Shown here one piece after another: positions 23,472-36,379 of a stretch of DNA of 64,000 nt (positions within the stretch are counted from its first letter, which is position 1; each line of letters starts with the position of its first letter). The translations under genes were made by a program, and so were the position numbers. Origin of the DNA: Octopus sinensis (lineage: Eukaryota); NCBI RefSeq assembly GCF_006345805.1, contig NC_043008.1:71920001-71984000 (forward strand), written 5' to 3'. The notes below the pieces were generated by a model that did not search any database, was not told where the DNA came from, and saw only the letters and a list, made by a program, of their open reading frames with translations.

Positions 23472-24063
23472 TATTTATCAGCTCTAATATGTAAGCTCGT
23501 TGGAGATCATGTTACCAAGTATTTCTACTTAAATCCCGATAGAATCGTTTGACACTTTTAAAGCTGTAAAAACAAATTTAGTTTTCTCGTTAATTAAAAA
23601 TCAGTTATGTGTAAAAGTCACATCCATAGACGTAGTAATTAAATACTAACCGACAGGAAGCTGTTATTATATTGTGTACTCATTTAGTTCCATATTGCTT
23701 CATTTGAAGATGCTTGTAGTTAAAAAGTCATTTGTCACTGTTACAAAAGATATGTGTCACGGAGACAAAAGTTATAATTCAACATCTGATGTTGAGCATC
23801 TGTTATTAAATAATAGTCAGACATATAAATCTAATATTTACTCAAAACTTTACTTACAAAATTGTTGGGAAAATCGTTGATTCCACTCCTTGTAGGAGAG
23901 ATAGGTCATAAATTATTTGACAAAATTTCGATAAACCAATTAAAGAGACTGTAAGAGATTTTGTTTGCAGGTCCACACCTTTGCAAGATGAAAAATTCTA
24001 TTTTAACACAATCAGCATATTATTTTACTAATCACTAATCGACCATCCTCTAGTATATCACAG

Positions 24064-24435
24064 AACCAATCAAAGCCTCGTAAGTGGATCTAGTAGAGAG
24101 AAACTGAAAGGAACATCTTGGGCAAGTGTCTTCTACTATAACCTCGGGCCGACCAAAGCCTTGTGAGTGGATTTGGTAGACCCGTCGTACATATGTGTGT
24201 GTATATATATATATGTATATATGTGTGTGTGTGTGTGTTTCTGTGTCTGTGTTTCTGCGTCTGTTTTTCTCCCCCAACATCACTTGACAACCGATACTTG
24301 TGTGTTTACGTCCCCGTAACTTAGCTGTTCGGCAAAAGAGAGCGATAGGATAAGTACTAGTCGATTTCCTCGACTAAAAGCGGTGCTCCAGCATAGCCAC
24401 ATTCAAATGACTGAAACAGGTAAAAGAGTAAAGAG
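24064..24435 (+). mobile_element. Headless SINE (family of 2391-2887) with a duplicated body segment
   Basis: CTTGGGCAAGTGTCTTCTACTATAACCTCGGGCCGACCAAAGCCTTGTGAGTGG...GCGGTGCTCCAGCATAGCC...AAATGACTGAAACAGGTAAAAG. Confidence 0.8.
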
Positions 24436-24667
24436 TCTATTTGCAAGCTTATTTAAGTTCTACCGAAACTGATTTTAAGTATGCAATTGCAGCTAATAAC
24501 TTGGGCTCCTTTTCTTGAGCCTCGTCACAGTTCATTTATTTTGGTTCAGCATCTCGCTGTCGTCTTAGAGATACCCTGTGTCAAAAAATATAATTCGTTG
24601 CAGACGTTCTCACGGCATCGTTTACGCGCGTCTGACTGGTGCTCAGAAGTTACAGCCCGAGTTGTTA

Positions 24668-25139
24668 TCTATAATCAATATCTATAAATCTGAAATGCGA
24701 AAAGTTTGTTTGTCTGGTTTTGGCATTGGAACGGTTTAGAGGCCACTAGATCTCGTCGGATTGACTCCAAAATTTATAGGGACATGTAAAATGAAGTGAG
24801 AATGTCAGTGGGCTAGATTAGAAATCCCTATCCCAAAAGGTGTCGTTACTAGGGGAAAAAAACGCACACATTGACAAGTCTCCTCTCATTCTCTTATCTG
24901 CATGTCTTCCTCCGTCTCTCTCTGTTTCTTCCCTTCCCATCACTTTCTCTCAATAACGACGTTTGACAGACATAACTATCTTTCCCCCGCCGGCTTCGCT
25001 AGCGCTGTCCCTTTCCCCCCACCGCCTCCCCTTATCTCTCTCTCTCTCTCTCTCTCTCTGTATGTCTGTCTGCATTCATAGATAGTTTTATTATCGCCAC
25101 CACCACCACTCAATCATGAGAGCAAATATTATGAATCAG
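24668..25139 (+). mobile_element. 5' portion of a Helitron-like element; inverted copy of 26337-26718
   Basis: Starts A|TCTATAATCAATATCTATAAATCTGAAATGCG and aligns by eye to the reverse complement of 26337-26718, with an extra pyrimidine-rich insert near 25010-25085. Confidence 0.75.
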
Positions 25140-25140
25140 A

Positions 25141-25967
25141 CTAGCTTAAGGTGACCCGCTCTACGCGCGAGTAAGAGTGTGGTTGTTACTTTCTGTTGCT
25201 TCCTTTATGTCTTTTATCACCAAATTCTCCCTCTTTGTTTCTCTCTCCTTTCTGTCTCACTTTTACACCCTCTTACTCTTCCTTTCTCTCGGACTCTCCC
25301 TCGCTTTCTCTTACTCTCTATCTTTCTCCATCTATCTCTCTCCCACATATAAACAACAAAAATCTTGAGTAATTTGAGAAAGAGAAATATTTTGAAAGAT
25401 CAATCATAAATATCAGGCAGTGACTATGGAAAGGTCTGCTTCAAGGCAGACAGCAAAACACTAACGTTTAAAAGGGACAGATAACTTGCGAGCTGAATAA
25501 AAATTATAATATATTGGAAACAAAAGTTTGAAGGGATAGAATCTAAAGATAGTAGAGTCACCATGGCTGACATTTCTTAACGACGAACAGCAACGTAAAA
25601 TTTTCAATTTGATGTAAAAGATAATTCCTAAACACCAAGTTTTGAAGTGATTCTTTCTCACGACAGTATACTCACCAAGTCAAGTATTCAAAACTTCTTC
25701 ATCATGGACGGCAACACGTTGAAGATTTAAAGGCTGGCGCAAATCTTTTAGCCTGCTGTAATTCTTGCTGAATTCCTAAACACCCGCTCCTGTGAATTTT
25801 AATCCCCCTTCCAGCCCCATTTAGACCCCTTTTCACATTTTGGTTAATATAACCCTATTTCATTCAGGTCTACTCGGGCCACATTTTATAAGATGAGTAA
25901 TTTTGTCCTATTTTCAGCTCAACCGATCACATAATGCCCACATTATATATATATAATGCGTATATAT

Positions 25968-26022
<55 letters not shown>

Positions 26023-26208
26023 ATATACGCATTATATATATATATGTATATGTGTGCGTGTGCGTGCGTGTACGCATTATATATACAAATGTATACAAAT
26101 TATATATATATATATATATTATATATATATATATATACGCATTATATATATATATATGTATATGTGTGCGTGTGCGTGCGTGTACGCATTATATATACAA
26201 ATGTATAC

Positions 26209-26246
<38 letters not shown>

Positions 26247-26718
26247 CAGATATATACACTTCGTATATATACATTATATATACATATTTATATATGGAAC
26301 ATACACACAAACATATATAAATTAACCCAATAAATATTTGATTCATAATATTTGTTCTCATGATTGTGTGGTGGTCGTGGTGGTGATTAGCGAAGCTGGC
26401 GGGGGAAAGATAGTAGTGTCTGTCAAACGTCGTTATAGAGTGAAAGTAATGAGAAGGGAGGAAACAGAGAGAGACGGAGGAAGACATGCAGATAAGAGAA
26501 TGAGAGGAGAATTGTCAATGTCTGCGTTTTTTTCCCTAGTAACGACACATTTTAAGATAGGAATTTCTAACCTAGCCCACTGACATTCTCACCTCATTTT
26601 ACATGTCCCTGTAAATTTTGGAGTCAATCCGACGGGATCTAGTGGCCTCTAACCCGTTCCAATGCCAAAACCAGACAAACAAACTTTTCGCATTTCAGAT
26701 TTATAGATATTGAGTAGA
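25141..26718 (-). mobile_element. Non-autonomous Helitron-like element (~1.58 kb)
   Basis: On the minus strand, 5' TC at 26718-26717 and a 3' hairpin (CTCGC-GCGTAGA-GCGGG)-TCACCTTAAG-CTAG|T ending at 25141. Confidence 0.65.
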
Positions 26719-26870
26719 TTAAGGTGCCCCGCTCTACGCGCGGGTAAGAGTGTGGTTGTTACCTTCTGTTGTTTTCTTTCTGCTTTTTATCACCACATTC
26801 TTCCTCTTTGTTTCTCTCTCCTTTCTCTCTCACTTTCCCACTCTCTTACTCTTACTTTCTCTCGGACTCT
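26719..26870 (-). mobile_element. 3' terminus of a second copy of the same Helitron-like element, head-to-tail with 25141-26718
   Basis: Direct repeat of 25146-25300, including the CCCGC-GCGTAGA-GCGGG hairpin on the minus strand. Confidence 0.75.
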
Positions 26871-27843
26871 CAACAAAGCTCCACATGTAATACTCCAATG
26901 GATTGAGATCTGGAGAATGAAGAGGCCAAATGTTACGAGTTATGTGATCATCAAAATTTTCAATCATCCATTCCTGTGTTACTAGAGCCATGTGTGATAG
27001 TGCAAAGTCTTACTGAAACACATATAGCCTTATATTGCATACACTGTCTATCCAGGACTCAACAATTATTTCCAGGACCCCAAGGTAGGCGGCAGACTTG
27101 ACTCTAAGGCTTTGTAGAAAGAAGTAAGGAGGGATCACATGTTCTTCATTGCTGACAACCCTTAAAATCATGACAGTTGCAGAAAATTTTGTAAATATAA
27201 AACTTAGAACTTCAAAAGGGTCTGCACATAACCATCTGTCATTTCTTCTGTTAACTTTTTGATCTTGGTCGAAGTTTTTCTCGTTGAGAAAAAACAAATC
27301 AAAACTTCTGTTGGATTTTTCAATTTGATTATTAGCCTCTTAGATCTGATGTAGAGATTTTCTTTCACTTTTTCTGACAAATACACCACCTTTCCTCATG
27401 ATATAAGAGCTCTAAGTGATGTCTTCGTGGACAACATTTCTGACTGTTCTTTCTGACACACGGAAATCATTTGCAACTGACCTTATGGACTTTCTGGGAT
27501 TGTAATCAATGGTCTGCTGAAGTGCTGGATAAATTCAGGTGTTCTTATGTTTTCAAAGTGTTTAGAATGTTTTTTTATGCTTTGATACTAGTGAGACGTC
27601 TCCATCTTCAGTCTCTAGCTTCTTACAAACTTTGTAGACGAAAGATCTGACAACTTTTAAAAATCGAGATATTTCTAAATCGCTATGCTCAGCCTTATAA
27701 CTACAATAACAGCATGCCTCTTCATTTCTTGAGTTAGCTGAGGATCTGCCATTAATAATTTCTGAAACAAAGATTATACAGAGTTGGCAAAAATGCAGCA
27801 ATGACCCAAAAATTGTTCGTCCTCAAATAACTTACGCACCGTG
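26870..27843 (-). mobile_element. Tc1/mariner DD37D-like transposon, 5' TIR intact, 3' end missing
   Basis: Minus strand starts TA|CACGGTGCGTAAG. Translation gives MADPQLTQEMKRHAVIV, FFLNEKNFDQDQKVNRRNDRWL, YVFQ*DFA and WPLHSPDLNPLEYYMWS. Confidence 0.85.
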
Positions 27844-27893
27844 TACCAATATATACATGTACATCTAAATATATGTAAATGTATATAGATTCA

Positions 27894-27955
<62 letters not shown>

Positions 27956-28409
27956 AACGTGCCTTGTGTCTCGAATCAATACTACAGTCTCAGTGCATAA
28001 TGTTAGGCCTATTTGAAAAAGAGGAAGCCGGTCTCAGAGAAATCATAGAAGGAGAAAAAAAGCAACAATAAAACTAAAAATTTGATAGTAAAAAGTAGAA
28101 CGAGGAGAAAGAAAAGTGAGAAAACGAAGCTCTGCGTCCCCTTTTTTCTACTATAAATGCTATAATCAATCTAGCTAGTTCAGAGTAATATATCGGAAAG
28201 GAGAGCAAAGTCTGTAAGATAACGACTCAATCTTGAGAGGGACAAATGAATTTTATCCATGTATTTTGATATGCTAAATATTTCATTTATAAAATTAATT
28301 TTTTTGGTGGAATTAATGAATCTAAAAAACATTACACGATCTATCAACTTCACATTATTTCCATTACTTTCATCCATTTATATATAGCGTAAATTATTCC
28401 ACGTTTCTT

Positions 28410-28810
28410 CACTTGATTGTATGTGGTATGCAGTCTGTCTTCAGATCATATACATAGTTAGCCAACTTACTGGCTATATTTTAATTAATGTGTCTGAAAG
28501 AGTGCTGGTTTGCATAACGGCTTTAAACAATTGCTCAATAAGCAGCTGAGTTTATGATTCACGTTTGTTCGAGCGGTCAAGTTTCAGGTTTTCAACAAAT
28601 ATAACTTGGCGTCGGCTCTTAATGCGACTTGTGGGTGTTAATGACCTTTACATGGAGGCAATAGCACCCTGTGTTTTTTTTTATCAAGTATCCATTAAGA
28701 AACTTCAAGTATTTGAGGTTTACTAAGGAATGCTTATTTAATAATGTCAGAAATTTTTTGACGATGTTAGGTTTAATATTTAAGAAGAAAATGGCGGGAT
28801 GAAACATATC
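28410..28810 (-). mobile_element. Penelope-like linker and GIY-YIG fragment, heavily decayed
   Basis: FHPAIFFLNIKPNIVKKFLTLLNKH resembles the WFNPPF..NVKTNIGKKFL linker, and SRYANQHSFRH..ASKLANYVYDLKTDCIPHTIK resembles the endonuclease region. Confidence 0.7.
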
Positions 28811-28998
28811 ATTCCTTTGGTTGTCTATTTCAGGCTTTGTATTTTCAACTGGAGGTTTGTATGATATCCTATCTCGTAAACTGCTTTTAAGCTACTGTTA
28901 TAGTAGGGATCTTCTTTATAAAATATTTCCTTTGAAAAATATTGATTAGGTATCTTATTACTGTTTTTAGCTCGCAGTCTTTTAAACACTATTGGGAG

Positions 28999-29035
<37 letters not shown>

Positions 29036-31049
29036 GTACATATATATATATTTACAAATACGTATATATATATATATATAATATAAAATGTATGTATCTA
29101 TGTATGCATATTTGTTTTCACATATACATATGTACATACACACACACTTATGCATACGCATGCGTATATGTATGTGTGTCTTTGTGTCTGTTTTACTGTG
29201 TATGTAGGTTTCTGTCTTATCCTTTCCATATCTGTACACACACTCATCAACGCATGTATACGTACATGCAAGAATATAAACATGCATATATGTATTTGTA
29301 TGTGTGTGTGCTTGTATGTCTGTATCAGTGTTTCTGTGCAACGGCTGACATCTTTTGTTACCAATTTGGCACACAGAAATATCCTTACAGGAAGTGAATA
29401 TTTTTTCATAGTTAAATACGAGGCCAAACTCAGTAGAGCCGAGCCCAAAATAACATCGCTTTATCTGTTTCCCAAAATATTCGTTCTTGAAATGAAATCC
29501 AATTTCCCGCCGTCTCCAAGATTGGAGAAAATGAAGAGTATATGAAAAATGTTGGTAATTAAACATATACGGTTTTGTGTGTAGCAAAGTTATTTCGACT
29601 TCGTGAAAAAAAAATATAACCCGAAAATATAACCAAAAGCACAAAATCTATGAAATAAAATGATTAAATGTAGAAGAATGAATTAAAAATAAGAAATAAA
29701 AGATATAGGAATATTGGTTCATATTAGATTCTAATATTTGATCTATCTCTGACTTACTTGCCTTATTTTGAAGAAGTATTTTTGATGATGGAAATCTAGA
29801 ATTGATAACCCGAAATCGATGACACTTAAGTGTATTATTTTAGCTTTTGTTTTGAAAATTGAAATTGTAAATCGAATCCATATAAAAATTTAATTAATAA
29901 AAAATTAATAATTTTTGTTATGTATTGATTCGTTTCCAATTCCTATTGCCTTCAGATATTTTAACCGCACTTCTACGTGTCATAGAACTTCTTACTATGT
30001 ACATTATAAGCATATATGTACATACATACATACATACATACATACATACATACATACATACATACATACATACATACATACATACATACATACATACATG
30101 TACACATACACACATATGCATATTGGTCAGTGGACAATCGGAAGAAAGAAGCATTGAAATTTAGTAAGAGACAAGATTTTAGCTCACATAGAGTATTTTG
30201 GATTCTTTAGTACAATTGAAAGAAAAATATTTCTTGTTGGAAATTCCGAGCAAGGAAGATTCTGAAACCTGGTGGTTGTTTACTCTGTTTCGGGGGACAT
30301 ATTAGACCCTCTATACTTGAGGTAATCATATTTTTATCTCTTTGTTAACATTCCAAATCAATATCACTTTTTTTTTAGAGAAAAGGCCTTAAAATATGAA
30401 GATGAGCTTTATAGCACACAGGAGACACAAAAGCAATAAAACACATTTTATGGCAAGTCTAAAAGCATGATCATATTTTAAGAGTTCAAAGCAATTTCAG
30501 AATTAGTTTTACCAACAAAATCCACAGCTATTGAAGCATACACATGTGAATTTTACCAAAGGAAAAATAAAAACAAGCAAATTTTAATGAGTAACGGTGT
30601 TGCTTTGAGTGACACAAGCTTGGCTATCAACATTCGTTTGCTAGCGTTGCTAACTAATGAGAGATGTTGAACATGAATGACTTAACTCAGAAAAGATCTG
30701 TAAGCTAGAAAACTGTGACCAACGGAAACACCTATTTATCAGAAGTCATAAACTACATCAAGCAAATATCATATCTGAACAAATCGATATGCTCTTAAAG
30801 CAAGTACTAGAGGTAAAATTGGTAGAAGGACACAGCAATATCTCTTTATCACTTGAAATGCGGATTCTGGGATAGCATACCTTGTTCCAAAATTGGATGT
30901 TGGAATGTAAATGCAATCCCCGAACCTCTGTCATAATTTGCTAATAGGCTAGGGCCACTGCATATTGGAGAACAAGGACGAGTCTTAAAGTGTAGAACAT
31001 TAGGTATGCTCACAACCTTTCGCTGTTGTCAAGATTGTGCCTCAGTATT

Positions 31050-31850
31050 GGCAGGTTATACGCGATGTGGGGACGGAAAGGAATTGTACGCGAGAGAAAT
31101 TCGCAAAACTGATATTTTGCGAACCAACTCTAGCCAACGAGTGTTTCCTTTTCTCCTTGCAAATTTCAGCTTTGGCATATTCCTTAAATTTTCTTCTTTC
31201 TCCATTCTCTTACTATCTTCTAAGTCACATCAAATTTCTCGCTGCAGCACAGTTGTTAGATGCCTTGGCAACTTCAATAAGTTTCAGTTTAAAACTTGCT
31301 TCGAATTTTTTGGCGGCTCCATTGGTAGGTTGAGTATAATAGATATATAAAGAATTGTATCTGGTTGGTAGGAGAGTCAAGAACAGACTGAATCAGAGAG
31401 AAAAATAAGTGAAAACTACCATTATCGTTGAAGCGCTTTAAACAGAAGAAGAATAAAGCTATTTGTTGATATAATGAGCTCGTCAATCCTCAGCTGCTTT
31501 GAACGTTTCAAATAATTCGGTTGCATGAACACGCCTTTGTTTACGACGTTACAATCGACAGCATTAAAGAAAGAATCTGTTTCATCATGTTATACAAACT
31601 TATGTTAATACCATATATCGTTCCATGTCTTAACTTTCAAGTATAAGGTAAGTAAAATAACATCTCTAATAAAATTGTCCTAAATTAATACCCGGTATTT
31701 TATATGGTAACTGTGGCTTAGGCTAACATAAGCGAGTTTCGTGTTTTAAAGGTTGTCTTATACATCCGAAATTAGCTAAAGTTATGAACTTTTACTCGGA
31801 TTTTTTGGGTCGTCTTATCTGTAGATCGCCTTATAGATAGAAATATATGG
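31050..31850 (-). mobile_element. pogo/Tigger-family DNA transposon 5' part (TIR plus N-terminal HTH)
   Basis: The TIR-like start CCATATATTTCTATCTATAAGGCGATC..GATAAGACGACCC has the repeated TATAAGACG motif. Frameshifted translation gives KFEASFKLKLIEVAKASNNCAAAR/FDVT*KIVREWRK/NMPKLKFARRKGNTRWLEL. Confidence 0.7.
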
Positions 31851-32029
31851 AATGTCAGCGGAAATGGCACAGAGGCGTTAGAAATTATATCAGCTCCAGA
31901 AATATAAAATACATTAGGCTCTTGTAGAACTGTAGAAACACAAGTTAAGAGACATGTCTCTTATCTCTAAACAGATACAAAACCAAAACATGCCTTGGAA
32001 CCATGAGGAAGAAATAGAGAATGGCGTGC

Positions 32030-32195
32030 TGTGGTATGTTGACAAAGGTACATTATTTACATTATTTACAATCGACGGATAATTGTCCTCATCTTGCTTG
32101 TTAACACGACGTTTCGGCTGATGTACCCTCCAGCCATTATCAAGTGTCTTGGGGAAATTTTGAACCTGGGTTCTCATTCCTAAAGTATTTGTCGG
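32030..32195 (-). mobile_element. Short (AAT)n-associated hammerhead-bearing repeat, copy 1
   Basis: The reverse complement matches 33490-33630 (AGGAATGAGAACCCAGGTTC.AAATTTCCCCAAGA.AC...GATGAGGACAA). Confidence 0.85.
32103..32148 (-). ncRNA. Minimal type I hammerhead motif with a U3-A8 core
   Basis: GACAC-TTGATAA-T-GGCTG-GAGGGTACAT-CAGCC-GAAAC-GTC-GTGTT: 5-bp helix I, 5-bp helix II, palindromic ACGT helix III and GUC site. Confidence 0.7.
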
Positions 32196-32260
<65 letters not shown>

Positions 32261-32262
<2 letters not shown>

Positions 32263-33250
32263 GCCGCTCTGGTATCACACACAGAAGAAGCCCTCGAAAG
32301 GCTCATCAACTGTTTTGAGCAAGCATGTAACGACTTTGGCTTAGTTATCAGCCTCAAGAAGACCAAAAGCATGGGTCGGACACCCCAAACATACATATTG
32401 GAAACCACAGATTACAGGAAGTGGAGAAGTTTATCTATCTTGGCTCTACCGTCACCTACAACCTATCCCTTGATGCTGAGCTCAATATACGCATTGGCAA
32501 GGCAGCTGCTGTGATGGCCCAACTCTCCAAACGGGCATGTGACAACAATAAGCTGATCAAGACCATAAAAATTAAGATCTACCAGGCATGTGTACTTAGC
32601 ACTCTACTGTATGGAAGTGAGACTTAGACGCCATACACACGCCAAGAGCGTCGCGTAAACAACTTTCACCTGCGCAGGCTCCGGAAAATCCTCCGCACCA
32701 AATGGCAGAATCATGTCCCCAACAATGATGTCCTCAGGCAAGCAGGAATACCAAGCATGCTTGCACTCCTCACATAGACGTATGAGATGGCTTGGACATG
32801 TTAGCCGTATGGAAGATGGCAGAATCCCCAAGAACATACTCTACGGAGAGCTTGCTAGGGGCACTAGGTCTGTGGGAAGTCCGTTCTTACGATACAAGGA
32901 TGTTTGTAAAAGGGACATGAAGGCCTGCAACATCAATATTAGCAACTGGGAAGCAGTTGCCAGCAACCGTAGAGATTGGCGACGTACCGTAAAAGAGGGA
33001 ACACAAAGGAGTGACAGAGAGAGGAGAAATGAAAAGACAAGAAAAGACGTCAACCAGAAACTATGACAATACAACCAGCCAGGAAAAAAATCTTCGCTAC
33101 ATTTGCAGCACCTGCCAGAGGGGGTGTTTGTCCAGGATAGGACTACACAGCCACAGCAGTAAATGTATTAGAACATGAAATGTAAAAGCCGAACTAGATT
33201 ACTTTATGCGCAACTCCGTTGTCTCCTGAGACAAAGAGGATGCCAACAAT
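32261..33250 (+). mobile_element. RTE (BovB-like) LINE, 5'-truncated, RT C-terminus and 3' tail
   Basis: FGLVISLKKTK, EKFIYLGST, KIYQACVLSTLLYGSET, MRWLGHVSRMEDGRIPKNILYGEL and LRYKDVCKRDMK, followed by the tail GTCTCCTGAGACAAAGAGGATGCCAACAA. Confidence 0.92.
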
Positions 33251-33290
33251 ATTATTGTTATTATTATTATTACAATTACTATTATTATAC

Positions 33291-33358
33291 AGGTCACTGT
33301 CTGGAATAGAACTCGGAATCTTGGGGTTAGTAGCCCGCGCTCTTAACTACTACGCCAT
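33291..33358 (-). mobile_element. tRNA-derived SINE head (family of 2046-2113)
   Basis: Minus strand GGCGTAGTAGTTAAGAGCGCGGGCTACTAACCCCAAGATTCCGAGTTCTATTCCAGACAGTGACCTG. Confidence 0.75.
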
Positions 33359-33370
33359 ATGCCCACGGGC

Positions 33371-33444
<74 letters not shown>

Positions 33445-33484
33445 TGACAACAATAACAACAACAACAACAACAACAACAATATC

Positions 33485-33662
33485 GAAAAATACCTTAGGA
33501 ATGAGAACCCAGGTTCGAAATTTCCCCAAGATACCTGATAAAATCTGGAGGGTATATCAGCCGAAACGTTGTGTTAACAACAAACAAGATGAGGACAAAT
33601 ATCTGTCAAGTGTAAATAATGTAAATAATGTGCATAATTCCTCATCTCTTAAATATAGAACT
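33485..33662 (+). mobile_element. Short (AAT)n-associated hammerhead-bearing repeat, copy 2 (HHR 33530-33575, damaged)
   Basis: GATAC-CTGATAA-AATCTG-GAGGGTATAT-CAGCC-GAAAC-GTT-GTGTT, with a C3.A8 mismatch and weakened helix II. Confidence 0.8.
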
Positions 33663-33892
33663 GTGTTGAGAAAGGTATTGAAAAGGATTTAAAAAATGAA
33701 TGAACGACAATAAATAAATGATGAATGTAACACCAGAAGTTGCATAAAGCGAGAATGCGACCGGTCTTCTCTTTCAGAGTATTCTTCTGCGTCACGAACA
33801 CACACGCACACACACACACGCACAGACACAGACACACACACACACTCACACACACACACACACACACGCACACACACACACGCACAGACACA

Positions 33893-33942
<50 letters not shown>

Positions 33943-35308
33943 CACACACGCACAGACACAGACACACACACACACTCACACACACACACGCACACACACA
34001 CACACACACACAGAAATGCCAACATCATTTTGCCGATTGAGTTGGAATATCCTTGACATCATTCAGATAATATAGCGCTCACTGCGACGTGGGAGGGAAT
34101 AAAGTTGGACTTTCTCGTGACGATCGCAATAATCAAGATCTGTTACATCGACTTCCTTTGTGGTCGATCCCTAAGGAGCTTCGTGTATCACAATATTTTA
34201 TTTCGTGTAGGGAGGTCATAGCAAGAAGTAGTATTCCAGTGTGTGTGTGTGTATGTATGTGTATCTAAGTGTGTATATCTTTACAAATATACAAAAGTAT
34301 ATCGTTGCAAATATACAAAAGTATATATATATATATGCAAATATACAAAAGTCCAAAGCGTTGCTTTTTCAGAAAACGAAACAATTCGTCATTCCATAGT
34401 AAAACCGTTGTACTACACTTTGACAATTTTTGATATCTTGGTATCTGAAGCAGCTGCAGATAATATTGTTTAACCAAAAGAACGGCCACAGTCAAATGAC
34501 TGACACAAGTAAGAGAATAAATGGACGCATGTTAATTTTGCTGTTTAAAATAATTTTTATAAGAATCATAATGCTCTGAACGTAATAGTAGCCTCTAGAG
34601 TCATTTTGTAACTCTCTTGTAACTTCCTTCTATTTACAAGCACACGGACAAACAAGACGATAAAATGTTCCCAGTAACTCTATAGAGTGTGACTATACAA
34701 TGACAAGCTGGGTTCCTTGTTGGATAGCGAACTCTGAAGGTAAAAGCACAAAGCTTATATAAAGAGGTCATTCGCGTGGGTATTAATTGAAATAAGAAAA
34801 TGAAAATATATATCTGGCATGTATGCGTTTTCTATATATGTACATACATATATATGTTACATGTACATATATACACGTCTGCGCGCACACACGCACAATC
34901 ACATATGCATAGAAACACGTGTCTATTCTTATACGCTTGTGAAGATATGCACACAACGAGAGAATCATGTTCACATACATCCACAGCCGGAAGAAGTTCA
35001 TTTCCTGCGAAATAACTCAAAGTTTCAATTATACTCGCGTATATATGTATATGTAAATATGTGTCAGTCTATAGTTAGCTATTTCTCTATTATTGTACCT
35101 TCCCTTATATGTGTAAATTTGCCTTCACATCTCTCTCTCTCTCTACATATTTACGTATGTATGTGTTGGTGTGTGTGTAATATATGCTTATACACATCAT
35201 ACTAGTATTTTTGTTTATACATGTATATAAATATATATATACATGTACATATCTAAAGATGTGTTTGTATATATTAAAATAGGCATATTATATACGAATA
35301 TATATATA

Positions 35309-35346
<38 letters not shown>

Positions 35347-36379
35347 TACAGAAGGGTTGTGTTATATGGTTAAAGAATATATTTAAATCGTTATGTTAGG
35401 AAAATGTTATAAAATTTTGCGTATAGTAACATTGTTTTTGGAGAAATAACTGGTTTCGTATTTTCTTTTCAAATTTCTCAAATGTCTTTACCTATATTGT
35501 TTCATGTCACCGCTATATTGTGAAACATGGAGTTCTAGACAGAGGAAGATAATCAGGGATCTTTGGGTAAAGATACATATGTATGTATTAAAATGTGCAT
35601 ACTGTATACGTATATATACATACGCACGCACACACACGCATATATAGAGAGAGAAAAGGAGAGGGAGTGAAAAGAAAGATGGGAGAAGAGAGCAATGCTC
35701 TGTCTCTCTTTCTCTCTCTCTATCTCTCCTACATTTGCAGACATTTTAGAATCCTATCCACTTTGGAGTATGAATGAACTTGCATCTCTCTAATGACAAC
35801 ATGTAGTACTCCTCTTCTTCCATGCTCAAGACAAATTATATACATATATTCTGATCTCTCAGAAACAAAGCTATGTCTTCTTTGAAAGAAAGGATGACAA
35901 GGTTAGGTCGGGAGGTGAAGGAAACGGAAGTTGTTGAGAACATTTTTTTGAAGAAGTAGGTGTATGAATTTGGAAGAAAACTCAGAGGACCCGTCAATGG
36001 CATGTAATTGTTAGAGCGCAAAAATGACTAAAAGTTCAGTTTTGTTTTACTAAAGATATCTACATTGAAGAAATTGCAAGAATCTGACATCTGGTCAAAA
36101 TGTGAGTCATTCGAGAGAAGAATACAAGGTAGAATAACAAGAGTTTGGAACCACCTTACCAGTGCAAGTGCAGTCAGTCCTGATGCCAGGATGTTTAAGA
36201 GATTATCAGGAGAGAATGCGCTTGGTTTGGGAACCCTTCCTATCGACAGCTTTACGTCGCTCGGCCCCAACCTGATATGAGGCCCCACATCCTTTTTCGA
36301 CTGACTAGTATCCAACCTCAAGTCTATTTTAATATCATTGCCTCTCCAGCCAGGTTTCATCATCACTTTTCAGCCATCT

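Noticed and set aside
28982-29644. Longest ORF in the track (220 aa) as a gene
   Set aside because: Half is (TA)/(CA) microsatellite read-through and there is no recognisable domain.
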